Assembly (NCBI GenBank): GCA_036172245.1
Contig: JAYWIR010000006.1
Span: forward strand, 558,001-622,000
DNA from: Raillietiella orientalis
Taxonomy: Eukaryota
Reading direction: 5' to 3'
Length of the DNA: 64,000 bases
Shown here: in pieces, positions 48,601 through 60,075 of the stretch
Numbering within the stretch: position 1 is the first letter of the stretch
How the letters are laid out: the number at the start of each line of letters is the position of its first letter
The notes under the pieces: model-generated
What the model saw: only the letters and a program-made list of their open reading frames with translations
What the model was told of the DNA's origin: nothing
Databases searched by the model: none
Translations under genes and position numbers: made by a program

Positions 48601-49659
48601 AAGAGGAAATCCCTCTGCCTTACGTCCGTCAGGGGGTCGCGTCCCTGCAGAGGCTCTTCGGTTACCCTGCTGCCAGTTCGGTGGTGACGCAGTTGCCCTG
48701 CTGAGGGAAACGGGACCGCAGAGCCCTCGACAAAGATCGGATGAGGCAGGGAGGAGGTGTGGAAATGGGAGGGGGAAATGCGCGCTCAGTGGGCTCATCT
48801 GGAGATTCGACGGTGGGCAGGAGGCTGTCAAGAGATGACCACCTGGTCATCTGCCTACCGCCTCGGGCGAGGACGGCTCTGTGGAGATCGTCCTCGTGGG
48901 GGAGGAGGGAGTCTTTCCTTCCTTCCCCGGAAGGGCTTCTCTTCCCCTGCCGAGGGGACACAGAAGGCACCAGCTCGAAGGGGAACGAAGGGGAGAGAGG
49001 GAAGTTCCAGGGACGGGAAATAGGGAGAGGAAAGGAACGCGACGGGAGATGAATGCGGGAGAGCCGGGAACGCTTTCTGGCGAAGCTGAAGGGAAAAAAA
49101 ATCCTGCGAGGCAGGAGCGATGACCTGGGAAAGGACCGGAGCGAGGAGGATAAGGAAGGGGGAAGGAAGCAGATTCCCTTCCTCCTAGACCTCCACGAGG
49201 GTCTCCTTGGGAGGGCTTCAGAGAAAACGTGCTCTGGCTGCTTGCAAGGAGCTGAAGGAGGAGGAGGGAGGAACTGAAGGAGCGCGCCTTCCTACCGGAG
49301 GTTGATGCGATTCGGATGGCAGGGGGGAGCGCAGGAAGGTTGGAAGAGTCCTTTCCTCCCCCCTTCCCTTACACACACACACGTTCTCCTTCCTACTCTC
49401 TCGAGGACTCGCCTCCCCTTCTTCGAGCCGCTCGCTTCCTGGTGCGAGCACTCATTCTCGGAAGCTCGCGCGTCCTCTCCTCCGCTGATCGGGACTTCAA
49501 AAGGTGCCATGGAAGGAGGAGCGAGAGTGGAGGGAGAGGAACGCGAAGTTTTCCGGGAGAGAGGAAAGGGGGGGGGAGAGGGGAGTCTCGGCGGTGGGAA
49601 CGTTCTCCTGATACTTTGCCCGGAGAGTCGGATGTGTTCCAAACTCGCAGATCCCACGA

Positions 49660-50200
49660 GCAGTGGGGAGGAGGATTCAGGGGAAAGGGAGGAGGATAAG
49701 AGAAGGAGGAAGAGGAGGAGGAAGAGGAGGAGGAAATGGGGAGGAGGAAGAGGAGGAAATGACTAGGAGGAAGGAAGAGGAAAGGAGGAGGAGGAGAAAG
49801 GGTGGTAGTGTTGGAGGAGGGAGTGGGTAGGAGAAGGAGGCGATCTCCTCGAGAGAAGCATACCGATGCTTCCCGGATCTTGGATTCGAATATGCATGGA
49901 TGTGGGCATCCAGAGCACTTCCGTTTGGATCGCTTCCTCCAGGAGACTTCGAAAAATCGGAAGCAGAGGCTGCAGTTTCTGGGATCTGCAAGCGGAAGGA
50001 GAGGAATCCCGGCCAGGGAGGGATTCTTGTGGAGGAGGAAGAGGGGAGAAGGAAAGGGTGGCTGTCAGGGAAAGCGAAAGATGAAAAATAGTGGAGGAGG
50101 AAGCAAAACAAAGGATTAAGAGGGATGAGAGGAACAGGAGAAGAAGAAGGGGGAAAAGGAGGTGGAGAGTCAGGGAGGAGAGAAAGAATGGAGGAGAAGG
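49660..50200 (+). repeat. Polypurine (GGA/AGA) low-complexity tracts
   Basis: Near-pure G/A runs at about 49680-49800 and 50030-50200. Similar tracts at about 35330-35445 and 37310-37440. Confidence 0.8.
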
Positions 50201-51229
50201 AAAGGTTCCGATCTTGCCCAGGCGCGAGTGAGGTCGGAGTGACGTTCGCAGGTTATGAGAGGTGACCGGAAGGATTCGCCCGCCGCAAGGGTCAATGAGG
50301 GTGGCTGCTCTGTCTGCACGGATCCTTCTGTCGTGCAGGGCCTGAGCCATCTGGAGGGACGAAGCGGCGTATTCAGAAGGAAGAGAAAGAGGCTGGAGGG
50401 GAGGAAGGGACGGAAGGAAGGAAGAGTGATGCGCGCTGCTGGTGCCAGCGGCCGTCAAAGATAGATCGAGGGAAACACCATGCGGAAGACGCCGCTCGTA
50501 GAAGCTCCTCCTTTGCGTCGCGAGGAAGGGAGGTAGATGTAGCTCTCTCTTCCCTTCCCCTACTCCTCTCCGGCAACCCGGGAGCACGCTTTCGGCTCCC
50601 GGGAGATCTGGGTATTGGGAGAGAAGAAGAGAGGGAGTCAGCCAGCCCAGCACCCAAAGGCGAGGGAGGGAGCGATGTGCACGTGCGTGCGCTCGCCCTG
50701 GTTCTCTGCGCTTCCTTTCTTGCGCTCCCGGATCCCGGACAGCGCAGCCCACGAGATGCCGCTGCAGGGCCGGCCGCCGTCGTCTGGAGGCTCGGTTCCT
50801 CTCTTTTTCCTCCTTCCCTTTTAGGGAGGAGCTCTGCCGCCATCAGTCACGCCAAGGTCTCTCGGAAGACGCCGGGCAGGTGAAGTGTGACAGGCGAGCG
50901 CGCGTAATTAGCAGCCGGGATACGCGGTCGGGTGGAAGGGGGGGAGGGAGGAGGAGGCGGACGCGAGCTGTGTGACTCCACGCGCGACGATGGAGCCGCC
51001 TGCTTTTTTTTTTTTTTTTTTTTTTTCTATTTATTTTTCTCGCCTCTTTGGGATAATCTGCTTCCAGAACGAGGAGCGAGGAAGGAAAGGGGTGGATCGG
51101 CGGGAGGGGAGTAGAGGCGAGAACCGCGGAGGAAAGATTGAGTATGCGGGAATCATTAGAAACACAGCAGCGTCCCTCCCCCCCTTCCTTCCTTTTCCCG
51201 CCCTTCCCTGCACCACCGACCTCGGGTTC

Positions 51230-51900
51230 GCCACTCTTCTGCTGGAGACTCTGGACCGCACGTATTTGAGAAGGGCGCGGCTCCCTGCAGCACACACACG
51301 GGAACCACTCCGGCCCGGCAGCGGCCTGCCTGTCTGGAGGCCCCGGACAGACCCGCTTCCGAGAGGGCAAGCCCTCCTGGATGAACGGAGCGCTCTGGAG
51401 GCGATGACGCAGGGCTGTACGGACAGCGGCGACGCGTGTGCTCCACGAGCGCGCGCGCTCTGTGACGTTACCGGAGCGTGGCGGTAGAAGGCTCCCTCGG
51501 AGGGCGAACGCCTCGGTCCACGGAGCCCATGAACACCGGCTCGCTGGGTCGGGAAGCTCAGAGTTGTGACGGGAGCCATCGGGCACCAACAGCAGGAAAG
51601 GAAGAGGAGACTCAACGGACGACCGGGAATCTCCCTCGGCTCCGGATCTTCCGGCTGCAGCCTCAGTGACCTCCCTCCTTCGATCTCTCCGGGTCCTCTC
51701 CAAGCACCAGCGATCCGCATACGAAGGGGCAACCGGAAGTTCGCCGAGCAGCATCCCGGAAGCTTTCGTGCGGTTGCCGTCCGACGCCGATGATTTACAG
51801 GATCTCATGGAGGGGTGCGAAGGGCCGCCGCCGCCCGAGGACGAACTCAGGATCTCCCCCCAGATGAGCTGCTGCATCATTCCGAGATGAGTCATCCCGG
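51230..51900 (-). mobile_element. Decayed LINE reverse transcriptase
   Basis: GGDPEFVLG (GVPQGSVLG), SYADRWCL (YADD), SWAPW and KYVRSRVSS (KYLGV) in order across frameshifts. Confidence 0.45.
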
Positions 51901-52689
51901 ATTTCGTGGGGAGCGGGGAAGAACGACGCCGAGATGGCTGAGGGAAGAACCCCGCCACCATGCAACACGGCAAGGACCGCTCCTCCAGGAAGAAGTGAGA
52001 GGCAGGACGGGAGAAGTAGGAGAAAGAGGAGGAGGAGGAGCTCTCTCCTGCAGCCCCTCCGTCCGGTCCCATGACGGGAAGAAGTACATCACTGGATGCT
52101 GCTTCCGTCGGGGTGGGATGGGCAGCTTAGCGTGTCGCACCAGGGCGCGAAGGAAAAGCTGGGAGAGCTGGGCTGCACGAGCAATTGACCTCCATGTTTG
52201 CCCAGGACCTCTAGGGAGACATGGCCAGCCGGCTACTGCAGCCCCGAGCGCCGACCGCTCATCCTCCTCTCCATCCCTTGCTAGGACTGCTCTTCCTGGG
52301 GGACAGTTCCTCTGGGGGTTGAGTCAGCAGGACAACCACCTGGTCGCCATCTTTCCCCTCCCCCCTTTCTTCTTAAGGAGCGAAGGGGGATTCCTGAAGC
52401 GCGGCGCAGCACGGTGGATTCGCTGGAGCCACCTGCTCTCCTGCAAGGGAGCTGCCAGGAGCTCCAAAGGGAAGTAGCCGAGACCGACCACGCGACGTCA
52501 TCACCACCACCACCAACAACAACAACCGCTTTTTTTTTTCTCCTGAAGATAACTCTGGCTACCGAACGCGAAGGCGAATGAGGGCGATCCCTCCCTCCCC
52601 ATCGCCAGAGGTGACACTCTGTAGAGAGCAAGACTTCCACCCGGAGTGGTCCCTCTTGCGGCCCGGAGTTCTCAGCACACAGGGAGAGG

Positions 52690-53600
52690 AGGACACTCAA
52701 CCCCTGAGGCTCCATCCGATCCTTCCTGACCACCGAACTTCTCCTGGACTTATCTTCCTTCCCGACGAGGAGAGATCGTTGCCTTCCCTCATCCCCCCAG
52801 ACCCCTTCCTTCATCCGAGGTCCCAGGATTGGCGCACGCGAAGGTGGGGATATCGGAACGGCACATCGCGGCTCCTCGTTTTCCACGGAAACTGGATGGG
52901 GTCCTGGGTGGACCGGAAGGAAAGTGTCGGTGTCCCTCTGGGGTGTGAGGATGAGCATGTCGCGCTCCAGAGTCTCTGGAATCTGCGAAACAGCTCTTCT
53001 GGCAATTAGGCGCTGCGGTAGATCTGGAAAGAAGCAGCAGAAAAATGATGAGGACAGGGAGCAACAGCCTCGAGGATAGCCTAGGAAGTCTTCGCGGAAC
53101 CTGGCTGCGTGTTCTGCCGCTCCCACTTTCCCTCTCCTCCCGAACCTCTCCGAAACAAGCGCTTCAGGAGAGCTTCCTTGGACCCTTTTTTCTGGGGGAA
53201 GGACTCGAGGTGTCTCTGTCTCCACCGTCTTTCCTGTTTGCGACATGAAGGCCGGCGCCTCACTCTTCGGATGGATCCCGGAGGACGGGAGTGCATTACG
53301 TGAAAGAACGGGACAATAAGAGGAGGAAGGAGGGAAGGGAGAGTCAGCAACGGCTCGGTGGAAGGAAGGGAGGTGTCCCTTTATTCCTCCTTGCTTTTCG
53401 GAACTCGTAGGAGTTGTTCGATGGGCGCAGGAAACATGCCCAGAGGAGAAGGGGGCGCTTCGACAGGGAACGGAAAGAAGGAGAGCGCGGGAAAGGCTTG
53501 ATGCATCGTCCCCAGAGGGCATCCTTGCATCTGCCTTTTGGAACCCTTTTGGCTTCTAGGCCGGAGTGCTCCGGTCTCGTGAGAACCCTGGAAAGAACTC
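52690..53600 (+). mobile_element. Decayed LINE reverse transcriptase
   Basis: WGYRNGTS (QFGFR.GRS) at ~52845, LQESFLGPFFL (PQGSVLGPLLF) at ~53162, FLFAT* (LFADD) at ~53231, then FGTLLASRP. Confidence 0.6.
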
Positions 53601-54884
53601 CAGCATCATCAAGTAGGGGGGGAGGGAGGGGAGAGAATGGACTCGGGTGCTCCCGACACCAGCCGCCTAGAGCATCCTCGCCCGACCACTCACCTCTCCA
53701 CCCCGACGGACGCAGTATCCACTGCTGCCCTCCTCCTTCCCAGTGGAAACTCCTGCTCCCTGCTTTCACCTTTTTCAGGAACGGTTCATGCTGTTTCGCA
53801 GGGCGGCGTGGTTCTTCCCCTCCTTTCCAGCGTCGTTCTTCCCCCCTCGCCACGAATCCGGGATGACTCATCCGGGCAGCTGCAGCTGCCAGCCGGAGGG
53901 CGACTCCGCTGCGAAAGGGGCTATAAGGGACCACGGGGCCGTGTCCTGGCTGATCTGTGGGTGTGCATTTCCTGCGCTTCGGGGGTCCGGGACTGGCAAG
54001 GGAAGATGTTCCTTCCAAAGGAAGGCTCGAAGATGCCCTTCGCCCCCTCCGGGAGAACCTGACAACGACCAGAGGTTTCACCTGCGCTTCAGTCAGCGCT
54101 TCCTCGAGAAATCGTCATCTCCCCAGGAGAAAGACTCGTCAGACAGGAGACCACTCAGATCGAGAGGCTTCCCTCGATCTCGACGGCCCCGCTCTTGATC
54201 TTTTCTAAGAAAGTCACCTCTCGGTTCTCGTGCGAGGGTGGATGCGCTTTTGTCACCCATGGGAGACAGCGGGAATGGCGTCGGCAGCTTCCGTTCTGGA
54301 TATTTCTCTTCTACTTTCCTGGTTTGTTCTTCCTAGTTCTCCTCTCTTCCCCCTGGAACTACCAGGACCCGCTCGGAGTCCTCTGCGAAAGACCTCGGGA
54401 ACACTCGGCCGGTGAACCTTCAACGGTACTGCTGGTGAGCTCACCGACTCTGAACGCGGAAAGAGGGAGGTGATGCCGCGGGCAACGGACTGACCATCTG
54501 ACCTTCCTCGATCGCAGGACTGTGAGCTCCCGCCTACGTTTCCTTAGAGTGAGGAATTCGCAGCTCTTCCTGTGAACAGAGCTCCCCCCCTTCTTCGTCG
54601 AGAGAGGGCAAGACGGAGCTCTGGTGAGCCAAATCAAGGGCGCTTCCGAAGCGGCGGCAAGCTGCCGTTTCCTTGGTTACTTTCGGGTCGCCTCCAAGCC
54701 TTCATCCAGGAGAGACTTCAGGCGAAGCTTACTACAAATGCGTGATGTTCTTTCGATTCCTCTCGATGCAAGAAAAGTCTCAGGAAGATCCTGAGGAAGA
54801 AATAGAACAAACTCGAGACGCAGTGGGCCAATTGTGACAAGCCTTTGGCGGCCGTGTGGCTACGGCCTCCCCGCGTGGTGCGAA

Positions 54885-55010
54885 GCACCGTGGGTTTCGA
54901 TGCCCTCCCCCCCCTTCCAGTACGACACTGGTTAGCCTGTGAGCTTCGGGTGAGGCACTGGTGAACTTCGGAAACCGGATGACTGGCCGGGACTGCAATT
55001 TGACCCCAGT
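54885..55010 (+). repeat. Partial copy of the tRNA-headed SINE-like repeat
   Basis: Shares gtgggtttcga..ccc, ctggttagc..gagcttc and gactggccgggactg with the 59.7 kb copy. Confidence 0.6.
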
Positions 55011-55299
55011 GCCTCTCCGCAAGGGTCCATTTTCGAACGAGACCGGCTTCTTGAGCTGTTCACCTCTGACCTGCGGTGCTATGGAATTTCACTCTGTATC
55101 CCACTGGCAGTACCAGAATGCATCATTGTGAACCTGAGTCTGGCACGATTCGTATGTGGTCAGGTAGGAAACCTCAGAAAGCATCACCAGTTCAATTACA
55201 CTTCATAATTAGTCCACTGGCAAATATCTTTCAGCGTGCCCCGAGATTATGGCTGCAACTTCTTGTAGCTCAAAGAATGGGATAACCGGCCATAGCCAC

Positions 55300-55720
55300 A
55301 CACCCGTGTTAACATCCACGTGCGGAAGCAAGTGATGCGGGTTCGAATCCTGCCTGGGGCAGGATGAACGCCGGGAATCCGGTGCATTGTGGGTTTTGAG
55401 TCCCCACACCCTACAAAATGGCGCTGGCTGGTCCACGAGCTTCGGATGTGGCACTTGTGGATTAGAAGTGGACCCCTCGAGGTCCTCCCACGAATTAAGG
55501 AACCGGTTCCTTTCGAGTTTCCCTCCGGTGGTGAAAATGGAAGAATCCCTTTCCTCGAGGGATGTACCGTCCATCTCGTACCATGGAGTTGGTTGATTGA
55601 TACCTCTCCAGAGTATCAATAAGAGTGCTCTGCTCTCTTCGGAGAGCGCCCTTCAAAGAAATTTAGAAGCGTCTCTTCGGGGGGATTCTCTTCAGAAGAG
55701 GTTCCTTGGCTTGTTCCCTT
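55300..55720 (+). mobile_element. tRNA-derived SINE-like element, copy 1
   Basis: B box GGTTCGAATCC at 55340-55350. Colinear similarity with 59650-60075 (atggcgctgg, cacgagcttc, ccggttcc.ttcgag, gtgaaaatgg, gagtgctctgctc, gagcgcccttca). Confidence 0.65.
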
Positions 55721-56028
55721 TGGAGAGAACGAGAGAGAGGTTCCCTTAGGGGTTCCATTGGGAGGCAACCAGTGCTCTGGTTCCCACCCCAGGCGTAAGA
55801 GAGAAACGGACTCTTTTTCCTCCGTACCTTCCTGGATTCATAGGGTGACCCTCTCTGGATTGCACCCTATGGCTTGAAGGACGACACGCACCCCCGACTG
55901 GCGTGGGCACTGTTCAAGAGCTTCATAAGCTCCTCCTCCCCTCTCTTCTCCAAGAAGGCGAACGGTTCTTCAGCGAACCCCCCCCCAAAAAAAATGATGG
56001 CGGCACGATTTATGCTTTCTTTTTATTG

Positions 56029-56070
56029 GCAAACCTGCAGATGCAGCAGCTACCGCATCTGTAGGTTTGC
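56029..56070. other. 16-bp inverted repeat hairpin
   Basis: GCAAACCTGCAGATGC, 10-nt loop, GCATCTGTAGGTTTGC: 15 Watson-Crick pairs plus one G-U on the plus strand. Confidence 0.7.
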
Positions 56071-57599
56071 AAGATCATGACAAGCGACTTGTTGCTGTGA
56101 AAAAAAAAAAAAATCCACAGTTGTTGGAACAAACTGCGCGATAACGGCAGCGGTCTGCAGAGCTGGAAGCATCCCTGTTCCAAATAGCATGCAACTGGAT
56201 GCATGCGCGGTTGTCTGCGTGCACCAACAGCAGTCCGCAGCAGCTCCTGCAAGCAAATTAGTGGCCCGTGAGGTCACTGACAGCAGGCAGAGATGCGTCA
56301 GTTCGAAAAGCACGAATTCGTCCCCCTCCCTTTCCTTATCCACGCTCCCCAAAAGTTGTACAAGAAAGAACGATTTCCAAAGGTCTGTTCGCAATGCCGA
56401 TGTCATCGGGAGCTGTCCGATTGGGAAAGTAAAACCACTCGGAGTTCGGTACGGGCGGTGGTCCCTGAATGGGCAGCAGTCACGAAAGCACGCACGTATG
56501 CAAAGGAAAACCCAATCTGCAGGAAATCGTGGACGTCGGAGGATGCATCTAGGATTGAATGTTTCTCCAGGGACTGCAATCTCCCCGTCGGACATGCTCC
56601 GTGTTTAAAACCAAGGCGCATTCTCTGCAATTCTGCAGGGATCACACAGAGGCTGTGGTGACTGCTATGCTCCAGGAATCCATCTCCCGGAAAGATCGGT
56701 CATTTTTCTCCTATAACTCAAATCCACTGTGTGGGTGTTGGGTCTGAAGAGGAGATTGTTGGGAACGAGTCGGTTTGTCCGAAGGAGGCTGTTGCCTAAG
56801 CAGCAGCTTCGGTTTCAGACTCGAGAAGGGGGAAGGAAGAAGAATAAAAAATCGAATTTCGCTTGTTGAGAATTCATTTCATGCGAAGAGTGGAGACGAT
56901 GATGATGGAGGTGGTCCGAGGAGGGAATTCAAATCTCGTCCCGAACAGGAAGCGAGAGCATCGATCACCATACGCACGTAACAAAGGCGCTTTTCTCCTG
57001 CGGCTGCTCAGTGATCGGAAATTTTCTGTTGCGAACGGGAACTCGCGCGCGCGAGCTCGGCCCGCAGATTCGCGTCCTTCTGATCCCGGTGAATCAGCCA
57101 GCTTCGGGAGGGGGAAGGGCGACCTGACAGAGTTTGGAAAGACAAAGCAGCTGTTTTTTTTTTTTTTTCAGAGGGATTCATCATCGACGGATGAACGCGT
57201 CAAGGAAACAGACCCAAAGCTTCGTGCTCGCAGCGATGCTCCGGAGGCAGTCGCAAGGTCGAGCACCGGGTCCATACCGGGCTGCTCTTTTCCCCTGGGC
57301 GCCACCACGTCCGAAGAGGGATCTCGCAGCTCTGGGTCCTCGGATTTCAAATCAAAACCTGCCAGACTCTTCTCATGCGGCAGGATCGCCTTTCTTTTTC
57401 CCTCGCTTAGCGACGTGGTTGCCAGGCAGAGGGAAGCTCGCCGGCACGAGATCCAGCGAGAGGATTTCTCGCGGTTCCCAAAGGCGCCCAGCGGACCACG
57501 GAAGCAGGGTCTACCCTTCCTCCCGTCCTCGAAATGGCACTCACCGCAGATGTTGTCTTCCCCTCTAGACTGCATCCTGGAGCAGCGGGAAAGGCACGT

Positions 57600-59663
57600 G
57601 GGCAGTGCAAGCGGACGAGGAAGCGCGGGCAAGTCTGGAGAACCTCCGTGATGATTTCCGTTGCACGGAATCCACCTGGCGCTCAAAGGATCGCCTGGGT
57701 AAATCCTGCCTCCTGAAAAGAGATTTTCCGCCTCCGACGCCTTCGACCGAATGGCACCAAGTTGTGCCAGCGGCCCAAGCGTCAACGGACTTTCCAGTGA
57801 TCCTGCCTTCGTCGCGCACGCCCGCGGATCGCATCCCGGATCTCCAGCGCCAGATCCTGCTTGTCTCCTCGCTGATCAGACGACTTCCCGCTTGCCTATA
57901 AGCTTCCGTGGCCTGCTCAGCCAGCATGCGGGAACATTCCTGCCTTCTCCAGGAGTGACGGCGGCACATCCTCCCTCGCGATGACGACACTGCGTTCAGG
58001 AAGAACAGGGCTGCCGCGCTCCCGGGGGTGTCTTGGAAGTCCTGAGAGGGCAGAAGGACTGTGTCGGTCTTCTGGACGGCGACCTATCGCCAGACGCAAC
58101 CTCACGCCTTTTCGAAGAGATCCTCGAGCTCTTCTCGGAGGAGCTGAGAGCCGCAGCCCGTTCTGGCGCGCGGGCGAAGGGGGACGAACAGGTGTGCCGC
58201 GCTGGCTCGAAGACGTCCCCTACCTACGATCAGCGCCCATCACCGTGGGTGTTTGTTTCTCTCCACGTCCCCTCGGGTATCTGCGGGAGATCTCGGGCGT
58301 CTGTCTTTGTTCCTCGCGAGTCTCAGAAGATGCTCTTCTCGAGGCGGTGGAAGGGCACTCCTCGTTGGGACGTAGCGGGACGCCGTCGAGCCCGTTGCGG
58401 AGCGTTCAGCTCCGGGGCACTCCCACCAATTGTTGGCGCCGCATCGACCGGCTGCTGGGCACCTTCCTGCTCTTGCTCGCGCCGCTTTGGAGGCTCCTCG
58501 AGGAGGTTCTCGGAGGGTGCCGCCGCTCTCAAAGGAGGGTGAATCGTTTTTATCCCTTCCCAGCACCTGCCTGACTCCACACCGGTACCGAATGTTCCGG
58601 GTTCGGGGATCCCAAACTCCCGTGATTTCTCTCCCGGAAATGGTTTCCCCTTGAACACGTCTCGGCCGTCCCTGCATGCAACCGACCGTTGTCCAGCGGG
58701 GTCCCAGTTAAATCCATTCTTCATCGAGGAGGACTTCAGAATGGGAAAGGGGAGGAAAGCTGGAGATTTCGAAGTGGCTACTGGCACGTCGGAAAGTCTA
58801 TTTCGGGATCGGCAGCCCTCGTCTTAAGAAGAGAGTCGGCAGAGAGGCCCCATTTGCTCCACACGATGGGGAGAGAGCTGCAGGCAACCCAGCAGTCCGA
58901 ATCAGCTACGGTTATATCTGCTCGACAAAGGCCCTCGCAGCTTTGTCTGCCGGAATGGGCATGGCAACGGTTCTGTTCAGCGGCATCTCCAGTAAGATCG
59001 CTTTTCTCTTTTTCAACGACGCAGAGATCGTTGCAGCACTGATGTTCGCCGCGACCAGCTGCTGCACTCCACGAAGAGCGGGTTCCCTCGAAAGCCGGGA
59101 GACACGCAGAACGCCCCCGTGAGCTCTCGTCTCTCGGCGAGAACTGGTCCACCGACATGCAGTGCCTGAGCGTCCGCAGCATCCGTCCCATCCATTGTGC
59201 ACCTGTGAAACGCACCTCTCTTGATGCTCCGCGAAGCTCGGCTTCGGGCGGGGGAGTGGAGAACAATGAAATGTAACCAGAAACGTCTCTTTCGTCTCGC
59301 TGCTGGTGCACCTTTGTTCCGGAGTCTGCAGGTGCCCTAAATTGAGGATGCGGAGTGCGAAAGAGAAGCCTCCCCGTTCCGGATAACGCTCCTCGCCGAC
59401 TCTCGGTCGGCAAGATGGAATTTCGGGAAGCACCACTGCCCTCTCCGGTATTGAACATCTTCGGCAAGCAGCGAGCCCCGACGTCTCGGCTCCAGATCGA
59501 AGCGCTCCGGAAATGTGCTGCCGGTGCTCGTTCTCTCACCATGGCCAGAGAGGACAAACCGCTGATGCTGCTCCTCAAAAAGCAGCTCCCTCTCTGTCGC
59601 ATCTGCGAGGAATTCGGCGGACTTATTTCTGATCACAGCCACGGAACCACGGAGGCCATGTGA
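57600..59663 (+). mobile_element. Decayed non-LTR element ORF2 with RT, RNase H and CCHC knuckle (I/R1/LOA-like)
   Basis: Colinear ghosts STDFPVIL..DLQRQILLV (ADD..I..LQ), KDCVGLLDGDL (KYLGV.LD..L), VLGGCRRS (ITGA.RT), AEIVAAL, WSTDMQCL and FVPESAGALN (RNase H AEL.AI / SDS / WVP.H.G..GN), and PLCRICEEFGGLISDH. Confidence 0.55.
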
Positions 59664-60075
59664 CTGTGGTTCTGCGCGTCATACCGAACGTTGCAGGTTC
59701 GAATCCCGCCCGGGGAAGGATCGACGCCGAGAAATGGAGGAGGCGGTGTGGGTTTCGAGTCCCTGCCCCCACTCGCAGGATGGCGCTGGTTAGCTCACGA
59801 GCTTCCGGGTGCGGTACTGGTGGAAGCCGGAAGCAGGATGCCGCGTTGACTGGCCGGGACTGGAAGCTGACCCTCCGGGGTCCTTCCAGGAATCAAGGAG
59901 AGCCGGTTCCCTTCGAGGTTTCTTTCCGGTTGTGAAAATGGATCCTCCATCCCCTACTGTGGAGATGGTTGGTACCTCACCAGACTGTCAAGGTGAGTGC
60001 TCTGCTCCCTTCAGGAGCGCCCTTCAGAGAATCCTGGATACGTCCCTTCGGGGTTCTCTTCGGAGGAGGGGTATC
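59650..60075 (+). mobile_element. tRNA-derived SINE-like element, copy 2
   Basis: B box GGTTCGAATCC at 59696-59706, second B-like box GGTTTCGAGTCC at ~59751, body alignable to copy 1, short A-run at ~60084. Confidence 0.65.

Noticed and set aside
52578..53009. LLVFHGN as an ABHD13-like motif
   Set aside because: It sits between RT motifs (GYRNGTS, QESFLGPFFL) of a LINE relic.
57600..59663. F-box/LRR or RhoGAP-like gene
   Set aside because: The leucine-rich patches fit the RT thumb, RNase H and CCHC order of a non-LTR element better, and there is no consistent exon structure.
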